Assembly (NCBI GenBank): GCA_013265495.1 | Contig: MU061538.1 | Location: 1,304,001-1,368,000, forward strand | Reading direction: 5' to 3' | DNA from: Vicugna vicugna | Lineage: Eukaryota | DNA: 64,000 nucleotides | Shown: in pieces, positions 48,707 through 60,559 of the stretch | Layout of the letters: every line of letters begins with the position of its first letter | Numbering within the stretch: the first letter of the stretch is position 1 | Made by a program: the position numbers and the translations under genes | The notes under the pieces: model-generated | What the model was told of the DNA's origin: nothing | What the model saw: the letters and a program-made list of their open reading frames with translations, nothing else | Databases searched by the model: none

Positions 48707-49060
48707 CCATTCATTCATTTACTCACCCAACAGATGTAAGAGATCACTCTCGACCACCAGTTGTGTTCCAGGCACTGTTCTGGGTGTTTGGGACGAAAAA
48801 GAGACCAGATCTGTGTCTTAATAGAACTTACATTCTTGTTTAAGGGGACAGATAATAAATAAGCAGGTAAGTGAAATGTGTCAGAGGTGGTAAGTGCCGT
48901 GGAGAAAATGAAGCAGGAGGTGGGGTGGGGGCACGGGGTGGGGAACCTATGGACCCGAGGTCCGGGCAACAGCCTCGGGGGGCCTGGGGGGGGTGGGGGA
49001 AGCCACGGGGGTGGATGGGAGAGTGTCCCCGGAGCACAGAGTTACGAGACAGGATGGAGC
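48707..49060 (-). mobile_element. L2 3' end
   Basis: cattcattcatt...ccaggcactgttctggg...gaacttacattct...gtcagaggtggtaagtgccgtggagaaaatgaagcagg. Confidence 0.85.
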
Positions 49061-49124
49061 CACTGGAGGGGCTTGACCTCCTGGCACTGTCTGATTCGTG
49101 TTTGCAAACCATTACGTGGTCTTC

Positions 49125-49775
49125 TCTTTTTTTTATTGTAGTAAAATACACATAACATAAAATTTGCCTTTTGAACCAAGTGACAGCTCCGGGGCATCAC
49201 GCACATTCACACTGTTGTGCAGCCATCACCACCATCATCTCCAGAACTTCCTCATCTTCCCAAACTGAAACTCTGTCCCCCTCAAACAGGACTCCCATCC
49301 CTTCCCCAGCCCCGGCCCCCTCATCCTACTCTGTGTGGATCTGACACTCTGGGTACCCCCTGTAATTGAAGTCACAGAGTATTTGTCTTTTTGTCATAGG
49401 CTTATTTCACTGCTCGTCATGTCTTCAGGTCCATCCACGTTTTAGCTGGGACAGAACTTCCTTCCTTTTTAAGGCTGAGTAATAGTTTACTCTGTGGAGG
49501 GACCGTGTGTTGTTTATCCGTTCGTCCGATGCTGGGTATTTGCCTTGTTTCCGGCCTTTGGCTGTTGTGAATAATGCTGCTGTGGACGTGGGTGTGCAGA
49601 CATCTGTCTGCCTGTGATTTCTCAGTGTAGATACTCAGAGGGGAGTGGCTGGATCCCACGATAATTCTGGGTTTCATCTTTGCTGGGCTGCCACACTGCT
49701 TCCCCCCAGCAGAACACCAGGGTTTTAACTTCTCTGCATCCTCACCGACACTTGTTCTTTTCCGTTTTTTGAGGA
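49125..49775 (-). mobile_element. L1MB-type 3' end inserted in L2
   Basis: ttattgtagtaaaatacacataacataaaatttgcc...ctccagaacttcctcatcttcccaaactgaaactctgt. L2-like sequence resumes at about 49790-50025. Confidence 0.9.
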
Positions 49776-50671
49776 TCTGGCTTCTCTCTGAGATGAGACC
49801 ACCGGGCCCGGGGCAGGAGCGCACAGGTACCCAGGGTCTCCGCAGCCTGGGTGGTGGCCGTGGAGGCACGGCGCAGGATGGCATCCAGGTGTGCCGGGCA
49901 GGTGAAATTGCATGTGTTGCTGGTGGATGAGATTCTGGGTGTGAGAGAAAGAGCCCAGTGTTTTTGGCCTGAGCCACCAACAGGAAGGCATTTCCCTTTG
50001 CTGAGACAGAGGTTGGAGGAGATATAAATATACTGTGTTATGAATCACCTCTGTGTGCATACAAGACTAGGAAAAGCTAGGGTGTAATTTATGTATTTCT
50101 CATCAAATCCTGAACTATCTAATATAACTGTGACAACCAGGAAGTACCTTAATATGACACAACGTGGAAACATCGGACTTGGCCCCTCCATGGTTTAGAG
50201 GAAAGCTCTGACTTGGACGCTCACCCCTTCCTCCCACCCCCCACCCCCCGCCTCTGCACCCACCTACCCCTCCCATCCCGGGGACGGCACGTTGCTCCCT
50301 AGGGCACCTCTGTGGGTCTCAGGGCTGCACGATGACTTCCCACCCACCCGCAGAGTGATTTCTGTCTTAACATCTCAGCTTCCTGCCCGGAGCCTCTGAC
50401 ACCTGGTCATTTAAGCTCCTAAGCCAGGGACATGATGTTACCATGGTGCTCTTTCATCTCTGAAGTTTCTTTCCATCCAGTAGTGTTAGGTCTCAGAAAC
50501 GTGGGAATAACTGGGATGCGGGGAGGGGGCGCAAGTGCCCTTCTGGAGGCTGGGTCCTCGCTCCCCAGACAGGCGCTCGCCCATCCGCTCCCCACCGACC
50601 CATGAACCTCTGCAGTTTCCAGGACCTGCAACCTGTATTACTACCCCCTTCTCTGACACCTCATAGCATTT

Positions 50672-50965
50672 AAAAAAATTTTGTTTTTTTTGAAATGTAG
50701 TTGATTTTCAGTGTTGGTTTCAGGTATACAGCAGAGCAATTCAGTTAGACATACACATACATGGATTCTTTTCTGCTGCAGCTCAGGACAAGACACTGAC
50801 TAGTTCCCTGTGTGATACGGTAGGTCTTTGTTGTTCATCTGTTTCATATACAGTGATGTGAATCCATTGCTCCCAAATTCCTAACTTACCCCTCTCTCCC
50901 CTTCCCCTCTGGGAAGCTAGTTTGTTTTCGTGTCCGTGAGTCTTTGTAACTTTTTTTTTGGCCAA
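50672..50965 (-). mobile_element. L1 3' tail fragment
   Basis: tgaaatgtagttgattttcagtgttggtttcaggtatacagcagagcaattcag. Possible TSD ctcatagcattt / ctcagggcattt. Confidence 0.85.
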
Positions 50966-51198
50966 TCTCAGGGCATTTGGGCGCATAATGGTATTTTTTT
51001 GTGGGTGTGTCTTACATCTCAGCTTGTGAGTCAGAGTGTCTGGGGGCTGGGGCGGTTTCTGTGATTGGTTTTCTCTCCTTCCCCTTTTCTAGCTCGGGGC
51101 GGGCAGATTAGAACTTGCTCAGTAAACACTTGAGGGGGAGAAGGGTCTACTTGCCCACACGTCACCATGAAGAGTCTCAGACTTTCTCTTACGTGAGT
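50960..51198 (+). promoter_or_regulatory. Candidate alternative promoter / first-exon module
   Basis: AP-1 TGAGTCA at 51027, GC boxes at 51049 and 51096, inverted CCAAT (GTGATTGGTT) at 51061, GTAAACA at 51122, CACCATG at 51167 and donor AC|GTGAGT at 51193. Confidence 0.35.
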
Positions 51199-54100
51199 AA
51201 AGATAAATCGGACAAGGAGCAAGATGAATTTGGGCCCCGACCCGTCGTGTTTGGTGACGATGGTCCCTCTCTCTGCGAGTGGTCCAATCTGATGTCAGTA
51301 CGAGGGTTTGCATTTGAAGACGCAGAGCTCATGGCGATGCTCGGTCACGAGCTCAAGTGGGAGTCTACCGTGGGCTGGACCTCAGAGCAGTCTGAAGTAG
51401 ATGGAACATATGTGAAGATGCTTCGTCCCAGGTGCTTGACAGCGTGCATGTGGCAAATCACCCATATTCAAGACAGTGCAGACTTTTCTCTGTGGAAGTC
51501 GCTTCTCACCATGGGGACCACACGTCCAAACTTCCGTCTGTGGGAAGGTGCTCTCAGGGTCCCCTGTGTTGTTCTGTCTCATCAGGGGCTGAAAGCTTTC
51601 CCACTGCATTTATCCTCAAAGTTCCAGTTCAGGGCTTTTCGCTTTGCTTACCTGACCTGATGCTGTTCACTCAGCTAGAAAAGAAAGTCTAAAAACTTGA
51701 TGGGCAGAGCTCTTCACGTACTTCCTTACGTTCTAAGTCCTTGAAGGTGGAGAAGGCATTTTCTGTGCCTTTCTAGATCCCGGAGGACCCAGTGTCGTGC
51801 TGGATTCATGACAGGCACCTGTGGTGCTTCCTGGAAGAGCAGAGATGCTGGTGGCGGGCTGCCCCGAACTCTCAGGCTGGAGCCTGGCAGGTGGCAGTGT
51901 CTCCTGTGGTTACCAAGGCAGGTTAATGTTCGGTGAGAATTTCTTTCAAATGTCTTCTAGTCTCCTGGAAGTTCTGTACACACACAGTAACCTGCCAGGG
52001 ATCAAATTCAAGCCAGAAGTCACCCTGTGAGGCTGAATAGAGTACCCAGAGTTTTATTTAGTAACCTCCCTTTACAAAGCAATTTTTTTTCCCCTAAGTG
52101 AGAAACAAAACCAGAATTCTAACTCTGCGTTAAACCTAAGCAAACAGCGGGGAGCACCGTGGATTAGGGCAGCTGTAACTGGAGATAGGCCCAGCCCTGA
52201 GCAAACGTGGAGCGCGAGGGCTGTCTTTGATGCTCTGTCCTCCCGTGGGCCCGCCCGCTCCGGGATCCAGGCCCCTCGCCGTCATCTGTGAACTTCAAAG
52301 CTGAGCCCGCGCCTCCAGCCCAGCTCCACCCGGACTGGGAGCGGGTGGAGCCCTGCACCCCGCCACACGCGGCCCCGAGACACGGCGGCAATTTGTTCTT
52401 GCTGCTGCGACTTTGAACTTGGTATCTCAGGTTTCCCTCTGTGTCCCTGGCTTTGAACTTCAATTCCGAAGTGCCTGAATTATCTCTTTACAACTGCGCC
52501 TTGATACCGGCCAGAGGGCCTCACACATTCCAGTCCCTCACCTGCCTGGGCTCAGCCAATACCTATGCTCCAGTCCTCACCTGTCCCATGACCCCGAAAA
52601 AGACCTGGGGTCTCGGCGTGTTGGGAACACTTACCGACAGGCATCTCTACCTCGGAGGGGTCTTTTGGTTCAAGACCTAAGGCCAGGGCAGAGGCAGGAA
52701 AAGATGGAGCAGGGGTGCTGACAGCATCCCTCGGCTGTGTGGGACCTTGGGTCTCCTCACTGTGCATCCACAGAGGAGGGCTGCGCCCCCCTCCCTCACA
52801 CCCCAGTGCCTGCCCGCCACTGCCTGTTCTCTGCTTTCCCCGACCAGCCTCCAGCTCCCTGACCAGCTGGTTGATAGCTGGCCACCACCCCGGGAGCCGG
52901 CACGCTCTGTAAATAGCAGGCGCGGTTTCAGTGGTGGCGCTCCGTCCACCGGCGACTCTTCACAGAGATTCCAGGGCAGAAAATCACTGTGGGGGCCCCC
53001 GGTCCTTTTCACGTCCTGGGCACCCAGGGCCTCCCTGTCCTTCCTACACGAGATGCGTGTGCTGTGGGAACCCTAATTACCAAAATGCGGAGAATCAGCG
53101 TAATTGCAGCTTGTGGACAGAACGCAGGTGGACAGCCATCTAGACCTTTTTCCCGGCTAATCCCAGAGATTTCATTTGAAAACCAAGACGTAGCCACGGT
53201 CACCGGGTTCTCGGGTGAGATGTGGTCCGAGCCCTGATTGTACAGGTGGGAAAGGCCACGTGCTCAGGGCTGGAGCCAGGCCCTGCGTGCTTCTGGTTGT
53301 AATTCTAGCACTTCTGAGCAAGCAGACCCAGGACCCCCTTCGGGTCGGGGCTCCACTCTGCCTGAAATCTCTCAATGCCCCGTCCCTCTGCTTCCTCCGT
53401 GGACCTTTGACTCCGGACACGTCAAAGGACACTGGGCTGTGATGTGCACCAGGGGTGGCCCCTGTCTTCCCCACTGACACGCCCTGGTCCCTTGAGGCAC
53501 ACCAGCCGCATCGTCTGTCCTCTCTCCCCGGACTGTGCTGGGTGGCCGCCCGGCTTCTCAGAGCGCAGCCCGCGCTTTCTGCCTGCCGGTGGCTTCAGGC
53601 AGGGTGCTCTCTTGGCGAGAGCTCTTACTCCTGTCCAGCTCTCCAAAACCTGTCCCGGGTCCTGAAGTACCAGCTCAAATTTCCTTTTGTGAAATCTTTC
53701 TGGAATGTTCCCTCCCCTTCCTGCGAATTCCTCCGGTGTCTCTGTGTATTGTTATTTAAAATGTGGTTTTCTTATTTTTCTAACCATATTATAAACACCC
53801 AGAAAAATGTCTTTTATACCGGTTCAACGATTGGTCTTGGAAATGAGGATTTAAGTAAGTGTCTTTGTGTTGGAGGCCACAGGTCTGGCTTCAGGCTGGA
53901 AGTGGTGAGGCACTGTGCCCACAAAACAGACCCCTTCCCCAGTGGGGCAGGTGTTTGGCTTGGGGCAGACCCAGTGGCAGGCGCGGCTGGAATTCGGGCA
54001 GGCCAGGGGGACTCATTCGGTTCCTCAAGGGAAGATAGAGTGGCAGTCGAGGCAGTAACGGTGAGGCTGGGGCCCAGCAGATGCCCTCAGTGTTGGTGAG

Positions 54101-54994
54101 CTTCGGCCAACAAGGGAAGAGCATCGTTTGGAAGAAGAGTCAGGACGGGGGCCGGGAACCACGGGGAGCAGGAGCATGATGCCTCAGCGGCCAGGCTGGC
54201 GGGGAGCCGGGGGCAGCCAATCGCAGACCTGGCCGTGGTACCTGCTGTGCCATCTGAGAGGGTGAACCAGCCCGATCATCGTCCTAATAGTCTTCAGGTC
54301 CTCCTCTTTCTTAACACTGTAATTTCAGCCCCCAGGCTTTTAGCAACCAACTCTTCCACAGTAATTAAGAGCTCTTGAAATCATGGGCCTTCGGATTAAA
54401 ATCTTAGAGCAATGCAGACATTTTCTGTGGAGTTTCACCTTTATTTCCAGGTCACCGAAATCCTGCTTGGAGGGTTAGTGGCTCTGCATGCCCCGGGCCA
54501 TGGGAGGGAGGGCCTCCTCACGGCCCCAGCGCCTGGATGCTGCCCCGCGGACTCACGGCCGAAGGTCGGGTCCCGTGGGCCTTGAAAGGGCCAGAGGCTG
54601 TCCAGGGTCGCAGTGGATGCTGACTGTTCGGTGACTGGCTTCCGTGGTCTGGCTCCACTTTCCTGTTCATGCGCCTCTCCCATTGTCTTCTTCTGCCCTC
54701 CCTGCCTGCAGCCCCCTCCTCTCTCCGCTCCTCCCTCCTCTCCCCTCCCCATCACCCCCCCACACCGTGCCCTGTAATCTCTGCCTCCAGACTCCCCGTC
54801 TCCCCCGACCCACTTCTTTCCCCTCCACATCTTCCTTTGTGTCGTCTCCTGTCCTCCCATCCACACCGCCATCCGTCCTGTGGGTTCCTGGTTCGTGTCA
54901 AGTTTCCTCACACGTTAAGGTTTTTATTTGATCCCACATGGATGTAGTGCTTTTGCAACTCCTCCTGCTCCAGGAGTCAGTGCCACACAATGCT

Positions 54995-55292
54995 TCTTTA
55001 TTATTATTGTTACTGAAGTACAGTCGGTTTATGGTGCTGTGGCAGTTGCTGGTGCACAGCACAGTGATTCAGTTATACGTCTGTACATTCCTTTCCACAT
55101 TCTTTTTCATTATGAGCCATGACAAGAAACTGAAAGTAGCTCCCTGTGCTGTACAGCAGGCCCTTGCTGTTCGCCTGTTTTATATACAGTAGTTGGTATC
55201 TGCAAATTCCAAACTCCTAACTTATCCCTCAGCCCTCCCCCCATCCATAACCCTAAGTTTGTTTTCTGTGTCTTTGAGTCTGTCTGTTTTCT
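54995..55292 (-). mobile_element. L1 3' tail fragment
   Basis: tactgaagtacagtcggttta...gcacagtgattcagttatac...ctccctgtgctgtacagcagg...tatctgcaaattccaaactcc. Confidence 0.88.
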
Positions 55293-55682
55293 CACAACTC
55301 TCCTGAAGCTCTCCAACTAACATACCTACCCCTTGGGGGCGGAGACCACGTCATCTCCTGCACCCTGGCCCTGCGTGTTCCCGGATGCCTGACTGGCACT
55401 GCCGGGTGACCTGCCCTACAGAGGACAAGACTGCAGCGTGCAGCTTCACGTGCCCGTGCAGACGGTGGCACACAGGCCTCCCTGCACGCCCATGGTGTTC
55501 TGCCACTCAGCCTCGCCCTGCGGCGCCCTTGGGGGCGGGCTGACCAGCAACTCATCCATCCTTTTCACTCGTGGCCTCTCGTCTGTTTGTCTGTTTCTGT
55601 GGGGCTCCGTCCCTCAGCTTCACTGCCAGTTGCAGTGTGGTTTTGTGACATGGAAACACACACCTTTTAAATACAGAGTTGA

Positions 55683-56112
55683 GTTGGAGAGGGTGTGGGG
55701 AAAAGGGAATCCTCCTACACTGCTGGTGGGGATGAAACTTGGTGCAGCCACTGTGGAGGACGGTATGGAGATTCCTTAAAAAACTGAAAAGAGAGTTACC
55801 ATATGATCCAGCAATCCCACTCCTGGGCATGTATCTGGAGAAAACTCTAATTCAAAAAGATACACACAGCCCAATGTTCATAGCAGCACTATTTACAATA
55901 GCCAAGACATGGAAACAACTTAAATGTCCATCCACAGATGACTGGCTGAAGAAGTTGTGGTATATTTATACAGTGGAATACTACTCAGCCATAAAAAGAA
56001 TGAATAATGCCATTTGCAGCAACACAGGTGGACCTGGAAATCATCATTCTAAGTGAAGTAAGCCAGAAAGAGAAAGACAAACACTGTATGATATCATTCA
56101 TATGTGGAATCT
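55683..56112 (+). mobile_element. L1 ORF2 C-terminal fragment
   Basis: ORF 55739-56056 [29 protein letters not shown]...[20 protein letters not shown] is the L1 ORF2p C-terminus. Confidence 0.96.
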
Positions 56113-58259
56113 TTCACCTTCTTTATTCACTGAGGTTGGCACTCAGACTCTTGGAAGGTGTGTTTCCAGATCAAAGTTCATCTTAGATTTCTGAGGTGAT
56201 TTGCACAGATCCAGTGAGCTCTGAGTCATCATCGAGAGGAGAGTGTGACACCCCCAGCCCGACCGTGACTCATCTGCAGTTAAAGGAGAGCCCTTGGCTG
56301 CCACTTCAGGTTGCCGTGAAGGAGTGAGACTTTCTGTCCAGCACTGGGCCGTCACCCAGGGGATGAGATGCTGAGAAATCTGAGAAGAAATCTGTCAAGA
56401 GAGAAAACACAATCTTGGGAAGAATTGGTTTTTTAAAAAGCTTTGAAGTAACTGTCATGAGAACAATCAGAGCTGCTTGAACTTCTTTATACCCATTTGG
56501 CAGAATCATCGCTTTTTGACCAGATTAAACACGGGGCAGCAGTGACCTTTGGGGAAGCTTACAGCCTCTGAAGTTCTGCATCTGCTCTTGATTCAACACC
56601 AGACTTTAAAAGAAGCCTAAGTGATGCCACCGTCAGATATGCAGCAGGAAGGGCATTCCTGGACCTGAGGGTGGACGGGACAATGACAGCGTAAGGTCCT
56701 GGAGCACAGGTCGGGGTTAAAGGTGCACCCCAGGGATGACAGCAGAGAACAAGAGAAGTGGTGCAGGAAGGGACAGCCAGCCCGCCACCGCTCCCCGCGG
56801 TCCGGCCCGTTGCCCTTCGGTGGCTGACCTGCCCCTCCATGCGGAGGAGGGGCGTCCTGCACGCCGCTCACAAGCGCGACGAAGATGAGCGCAGGAGACG
56901 CACGAGCGGGGCGGGGCTTCCACTCCGCGCAAGGTAAACGCGCTTCCTAGAATCACAAGGAGCGATAGAGCGAAAAAGCAAGGTCCAGCTTGTGTCTGGG
57001 TGCGTCCTTGCCTTCAAACCTGCACCAGCTGTCCCTAGGTAAATAGATGATGCAATCCCAGCTGTAAGGACAGACAGGGGACACCGGCCAGCAGAAGGGG
57101 ACTGAGTTGTGTCCTACGCGTAAGGGTGGTGGCCTTCCAGCCCAGGCTGGTGCCTGCGGGGGGCGCACAGCTCCGAGGAGTGAGGGGCCATCCCCGGGGA
57201 GGAGCTCAGGGTGACCCCTCCACTCATTCACCCGTGGACTCTCACTCAAGGGAGGCAGCCCCTGCTCCCTCCCGTCCCCTGAGTCAGGGGTCCTCGGCGC
57301 CTGGTCCCTTTGATCGTCTTCAGGAAAGGTCCACATCGGGGATGACGGTGTGCGAGGCGTTTTCAGCCGCTGTGGAGCCCATCTGAGTGAGGCGGCCCCA
57401 GTGGAGTTAAGACCCTGCCCTCTTGGGCTGATGCCCTGTTTGGGGCTCCCCGCCCGAGGGAGGGGCCCTGTTCTCACCCCCTTTGGTGGGGCTGCACCGT
57501 TTCCCACGGGGGCGCCCGGGCGGGGCTCAGGGCCGGAGATGGGAAACGCTCTCACTGCACATCTCTGAAAGCGGTGAAAGCACAGCCGGGAAACCCTGGA
57601 GCCTCAGGTCAGGCAGGACTCCGCGTGCCTCTGGTCCTGCCTCTGTTGCCCTCTTCCTGGGGAGGGATGCCCTCCTGCTGGGGGGCCGGGGTGGGGTTGG
57701 AGGATGGTCCCAACCATCCTCTCTCGCTTCTCCCAGCCTCACCTCTGCTGAGTCAGGCTCTTTTCCTGCAGTTTCCAGGGAGCCGGCTCCACTCTTTCTG
57801 ACTCGGGGCCAAGTGGCCTCCCCCTCCCCACCCCGTCTGACCACCCTGCCCCGGAAGCTGCTCTAGGTGCTTCTGGACACTCCTATCCACCACACTTCCT
57901 CTCCTGTAAGTTCCGGGACAGTTTTCCACCTGCACTCACGCTGCCATCTGGCTGTTTGCTGGCCACACTTCTCCCCGCTGGTGCTGCCTTCGGAGTCTCA
58001 CCAGGGCGCTGTGTGCGTAGTGAGGCCTCAGAAAGCTGGGCTGATGGCTGCTTTCTGCAAGGATTCTCCATGATTTAGTGATGTATGCTAGAAACAGCAC
58101 CTGCAGGGAACCTGTCTGCGGTCTCTCTCTCTGTCCCCTGAATGTATGTGTCATTTAGCCTTTTAGGGGAATTTTAGGCCATCAGAAATTTCCCTTGTCT
58201 GCTGGCATGATTCCTGCTTTAAACTGCTTACAGTGCCTGCCCCTTGCATCCCCACTGGG

Positions 58260-58570
58260 CATTCCACTCAGTAGCTCGCAGGTTTATTGACTGCTGTGCT
58301 CCAGAGAGCTCTGGGCCATGGGGACGTGGACGTGCATAAGGCAGAGGAGGTCTATGCTCAGGTACTTGCATTCTGTTGGGAGTGACTAGCAGTTTATAAA
58401 TAAGCAGACAGACGCCCACTCTGCGCAGTGATATGTGGTGGAGGGTAACGGGCAGAGGTTCTGGGGGTTGGGGAAGCCTTGGTGAAGTGGAGCCCAGTGT
58501 CCGGTGGGACCCATGTGTGCAAAGACCAGGGCAGGGCCTTCCAGGCAGAGGGGACAAGAGGAGGAGCCTT
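58260..58570 (-). mobile_element. L2 3' end
   Basis: gtttattgactgctgtgctccag...cttgcattctgttgggag...ttccaggcagagggga. Confidence 0.72.
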
Positions 58571-59375
58571 CATGGGAGCTTAGAGGACGTGAAAACTCGC
58601 AACCCACTTCACTAACACACATACATTGGACGTGCTGGGGGAGCATTAGTTTGTCTGGTCCAATAGTGCATTAAAATGTGCCATGGCCAAGCAGGGCTTG
58701 TCCTGGGGGAGCAGGGCTGCTTCCTCGTTAGAAATCTCCCCTAGGACGTGGCTGCACTGACACACTCAGGGAGAGGGGCCCCGTGGCTGCTGCGGGAGCT
58801 GCTGAAGCCCTTTTGATGAAGCTCCACATTGACTCATGAAGACCCTTCTCAGAAACGAAGGGCGTGTGGAAAGGCATCCCCTTAGCTTCCCAAGGGCTGT
58901 ATAAACAGAAGTGAACAGTAAGCAGTGTGGTTTGTGCAGAAGCATCAGAGTCTCTCTGTACGATTAGGGCTGAGACATGGGTGGCTGGCATCCTTGTTAA
59001 TTTTCAACATGCGTCCTGATGGAGGAAGCAGGACAAGGGGACTGAATACGAGGACACGGTGTGAAAGTGAGGGGAGGGACAGAACTGTCATTTCCCATCC
59101 CATACGATGACCGATGCAGGAAACCTAGCAGAATCAGAGAGTAAATTATTAAAACCAAAGAGGGTCCAGGAAGGAAGCTGGAGTCAGAGTTAACCTGCGG
59201 TTTCCGTTGCGTTTTTCCTCCTCAGCCGCACACAGCTGGACTACGTAACGCAGACAGAGCACCGCGCAAAACGGTGGTACAGCTGTGCGTGTCTCGAACT
59301 CAGCCTGACGGAGGAGGCAGAAGACCTTTGTGAGGAAATTGAAAACCTCTATTGTGGAACACGAAAGGGGGTTTT

Positions 59376-59686
59376 AAAAAATTGAGGTCTAGTCAGTTTA
59401 CAATATTGTGTCAGTTCCTGGTGCGCAGCACCAGGTTTCAATCATCCATAGACATATATACGTTCTTTTTCAGAGTCTTTTTCATTATAGGTCACGACCA
59501 GGTGTTGAATGTAGTTCCCTGCGCCGTGCAGTAGGACCTTGTTGTTTACCTGTTTTATATACAGTACTTAGTACCTGCAAATCTTGAACTCCCAGTTTAT
59601 CCCTTTCTAACCGCTTCCCCCCAGTAAGTTTGTTTTCTACGTCTGTGAATCTTGTTCTGTTTGTAAATAAGTTCATTTGTGTCTTT
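59376..59686 (-). mobile_element. L1 3' tail fragment
   Basis: aattgaggtctagtcagtttacaatattgtgtc...ttgtaaataagttcatttgtgtc. Confidence 0.9.
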
Positions 59687-59700
59687 ACAAAAGGGGATTT

Positions 59701-59845
59701 ATTTTTAGTTTGGTTTTTTTGGGGGGTGGGGGGCGGTAATTAGATTTATTTATTTATTTTTAGTGGAGGGACTGGGGATTGAACCCAGAACCTTGTGCCT
59801 GCTAAGCACGCCACGCACTTTACTTCTGAGCTATACCCTCCCTCC
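59701..59845 (-). mobile_element. Vic-1-like tRNA-derived SINE
   Basis: ggtaattagatttatttatt...tggagggactggggattgaacccag...tgctaagc...ctgagctataccctccc. Confidence 0.92.
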
Positions 59846-60559
59846 ACAAAGTGGGATCTTAATTCACAGAAAGATACTCTGGTTTCATAGATGGGACAAG
59901 TTAACATTGTAAGCACGTCAGTTTGTCCCAAATTAATCAATCATATCAATGTAATTCCAATAAAAATTCTAGCAGGCTTTCTTTCAGGATCACAAGCAAT
60001 GGATCTGTGAGGGAAAATAAAGGTCCATGAATAACCTAGAAATTTTTGTGAAAGAAACTCAAAAAGAGGAAAATTCCCTGCCGCCTTTTAAGGGGCACAA
60101 AAGGGGCACCGGCACACGTAGGACGGAACCAAACCAAACCCAAGAAACAACAGGGAAGGTGATAGAGGCCGCGGTCGTGGAGCATCAGCAGGTCAGGCTG
60201 GTTGTGAGAAGAGACTGGTGCGGTGGGGTGAGACCTCGGGAGAAGAACGTCGTGCGCGGCGTGGAGGGCACAGGGGTGATGAGAGCCGCTTCTCCGCCGA
60301 GGGACAGAGCAGCCCTGCAGCTCGGCCCCCTGCCTGGGGCTCCCTGGGAGGAATGGAGCCAGGACGGGCAGTCAGTAAAATTGGCTGAATCCATCGATTC
60401 CAGGCCCTTCCCTGCCAGGAAGCCGGTGTGTTTCAGTGTGAACACAGCCCGCCACTCTGCGAGGGAAGGTGGGCTTCACCTCCTCCGTCATTGTCACGTC
60501 TTGGCTTCGGTGTAAATTGCAGCTGAGCTCCGTTCCCGATTCGTCTGCAGGAGCCAAGT

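Larger units (their letters stand above)
58580..60150 (+). mobile_element. Ancient L1M ORF2 (reverse transcriptase region), heavily GC-shifted and split by two later insertions
   Basis: Collinear L1 ORF2 landmarks: ccatggccaagcaggg, gaagcccttttgatgaagctccacat, gagacatgggtggc...ttcaacat, aactgtcatt, gaagacctttgtgaggaaa, tcccaaattaatc...caatgtaattccaataaaaatt. Confidence 0.72.

Noticed and set aside
51115..51660. 181-aa ORF with protein-like composition
   Set aside because: It has a non-ATG start, no recognisable domain, and no splice signals bounding it in frame. BLASTP would be the decisive test.
3121..59845. tRNA-like A/B boxes in five short elements
   Set aside because: They are tRNA-derived SINE heads with A-rich tails, several with TSDs, not tRNA genes.
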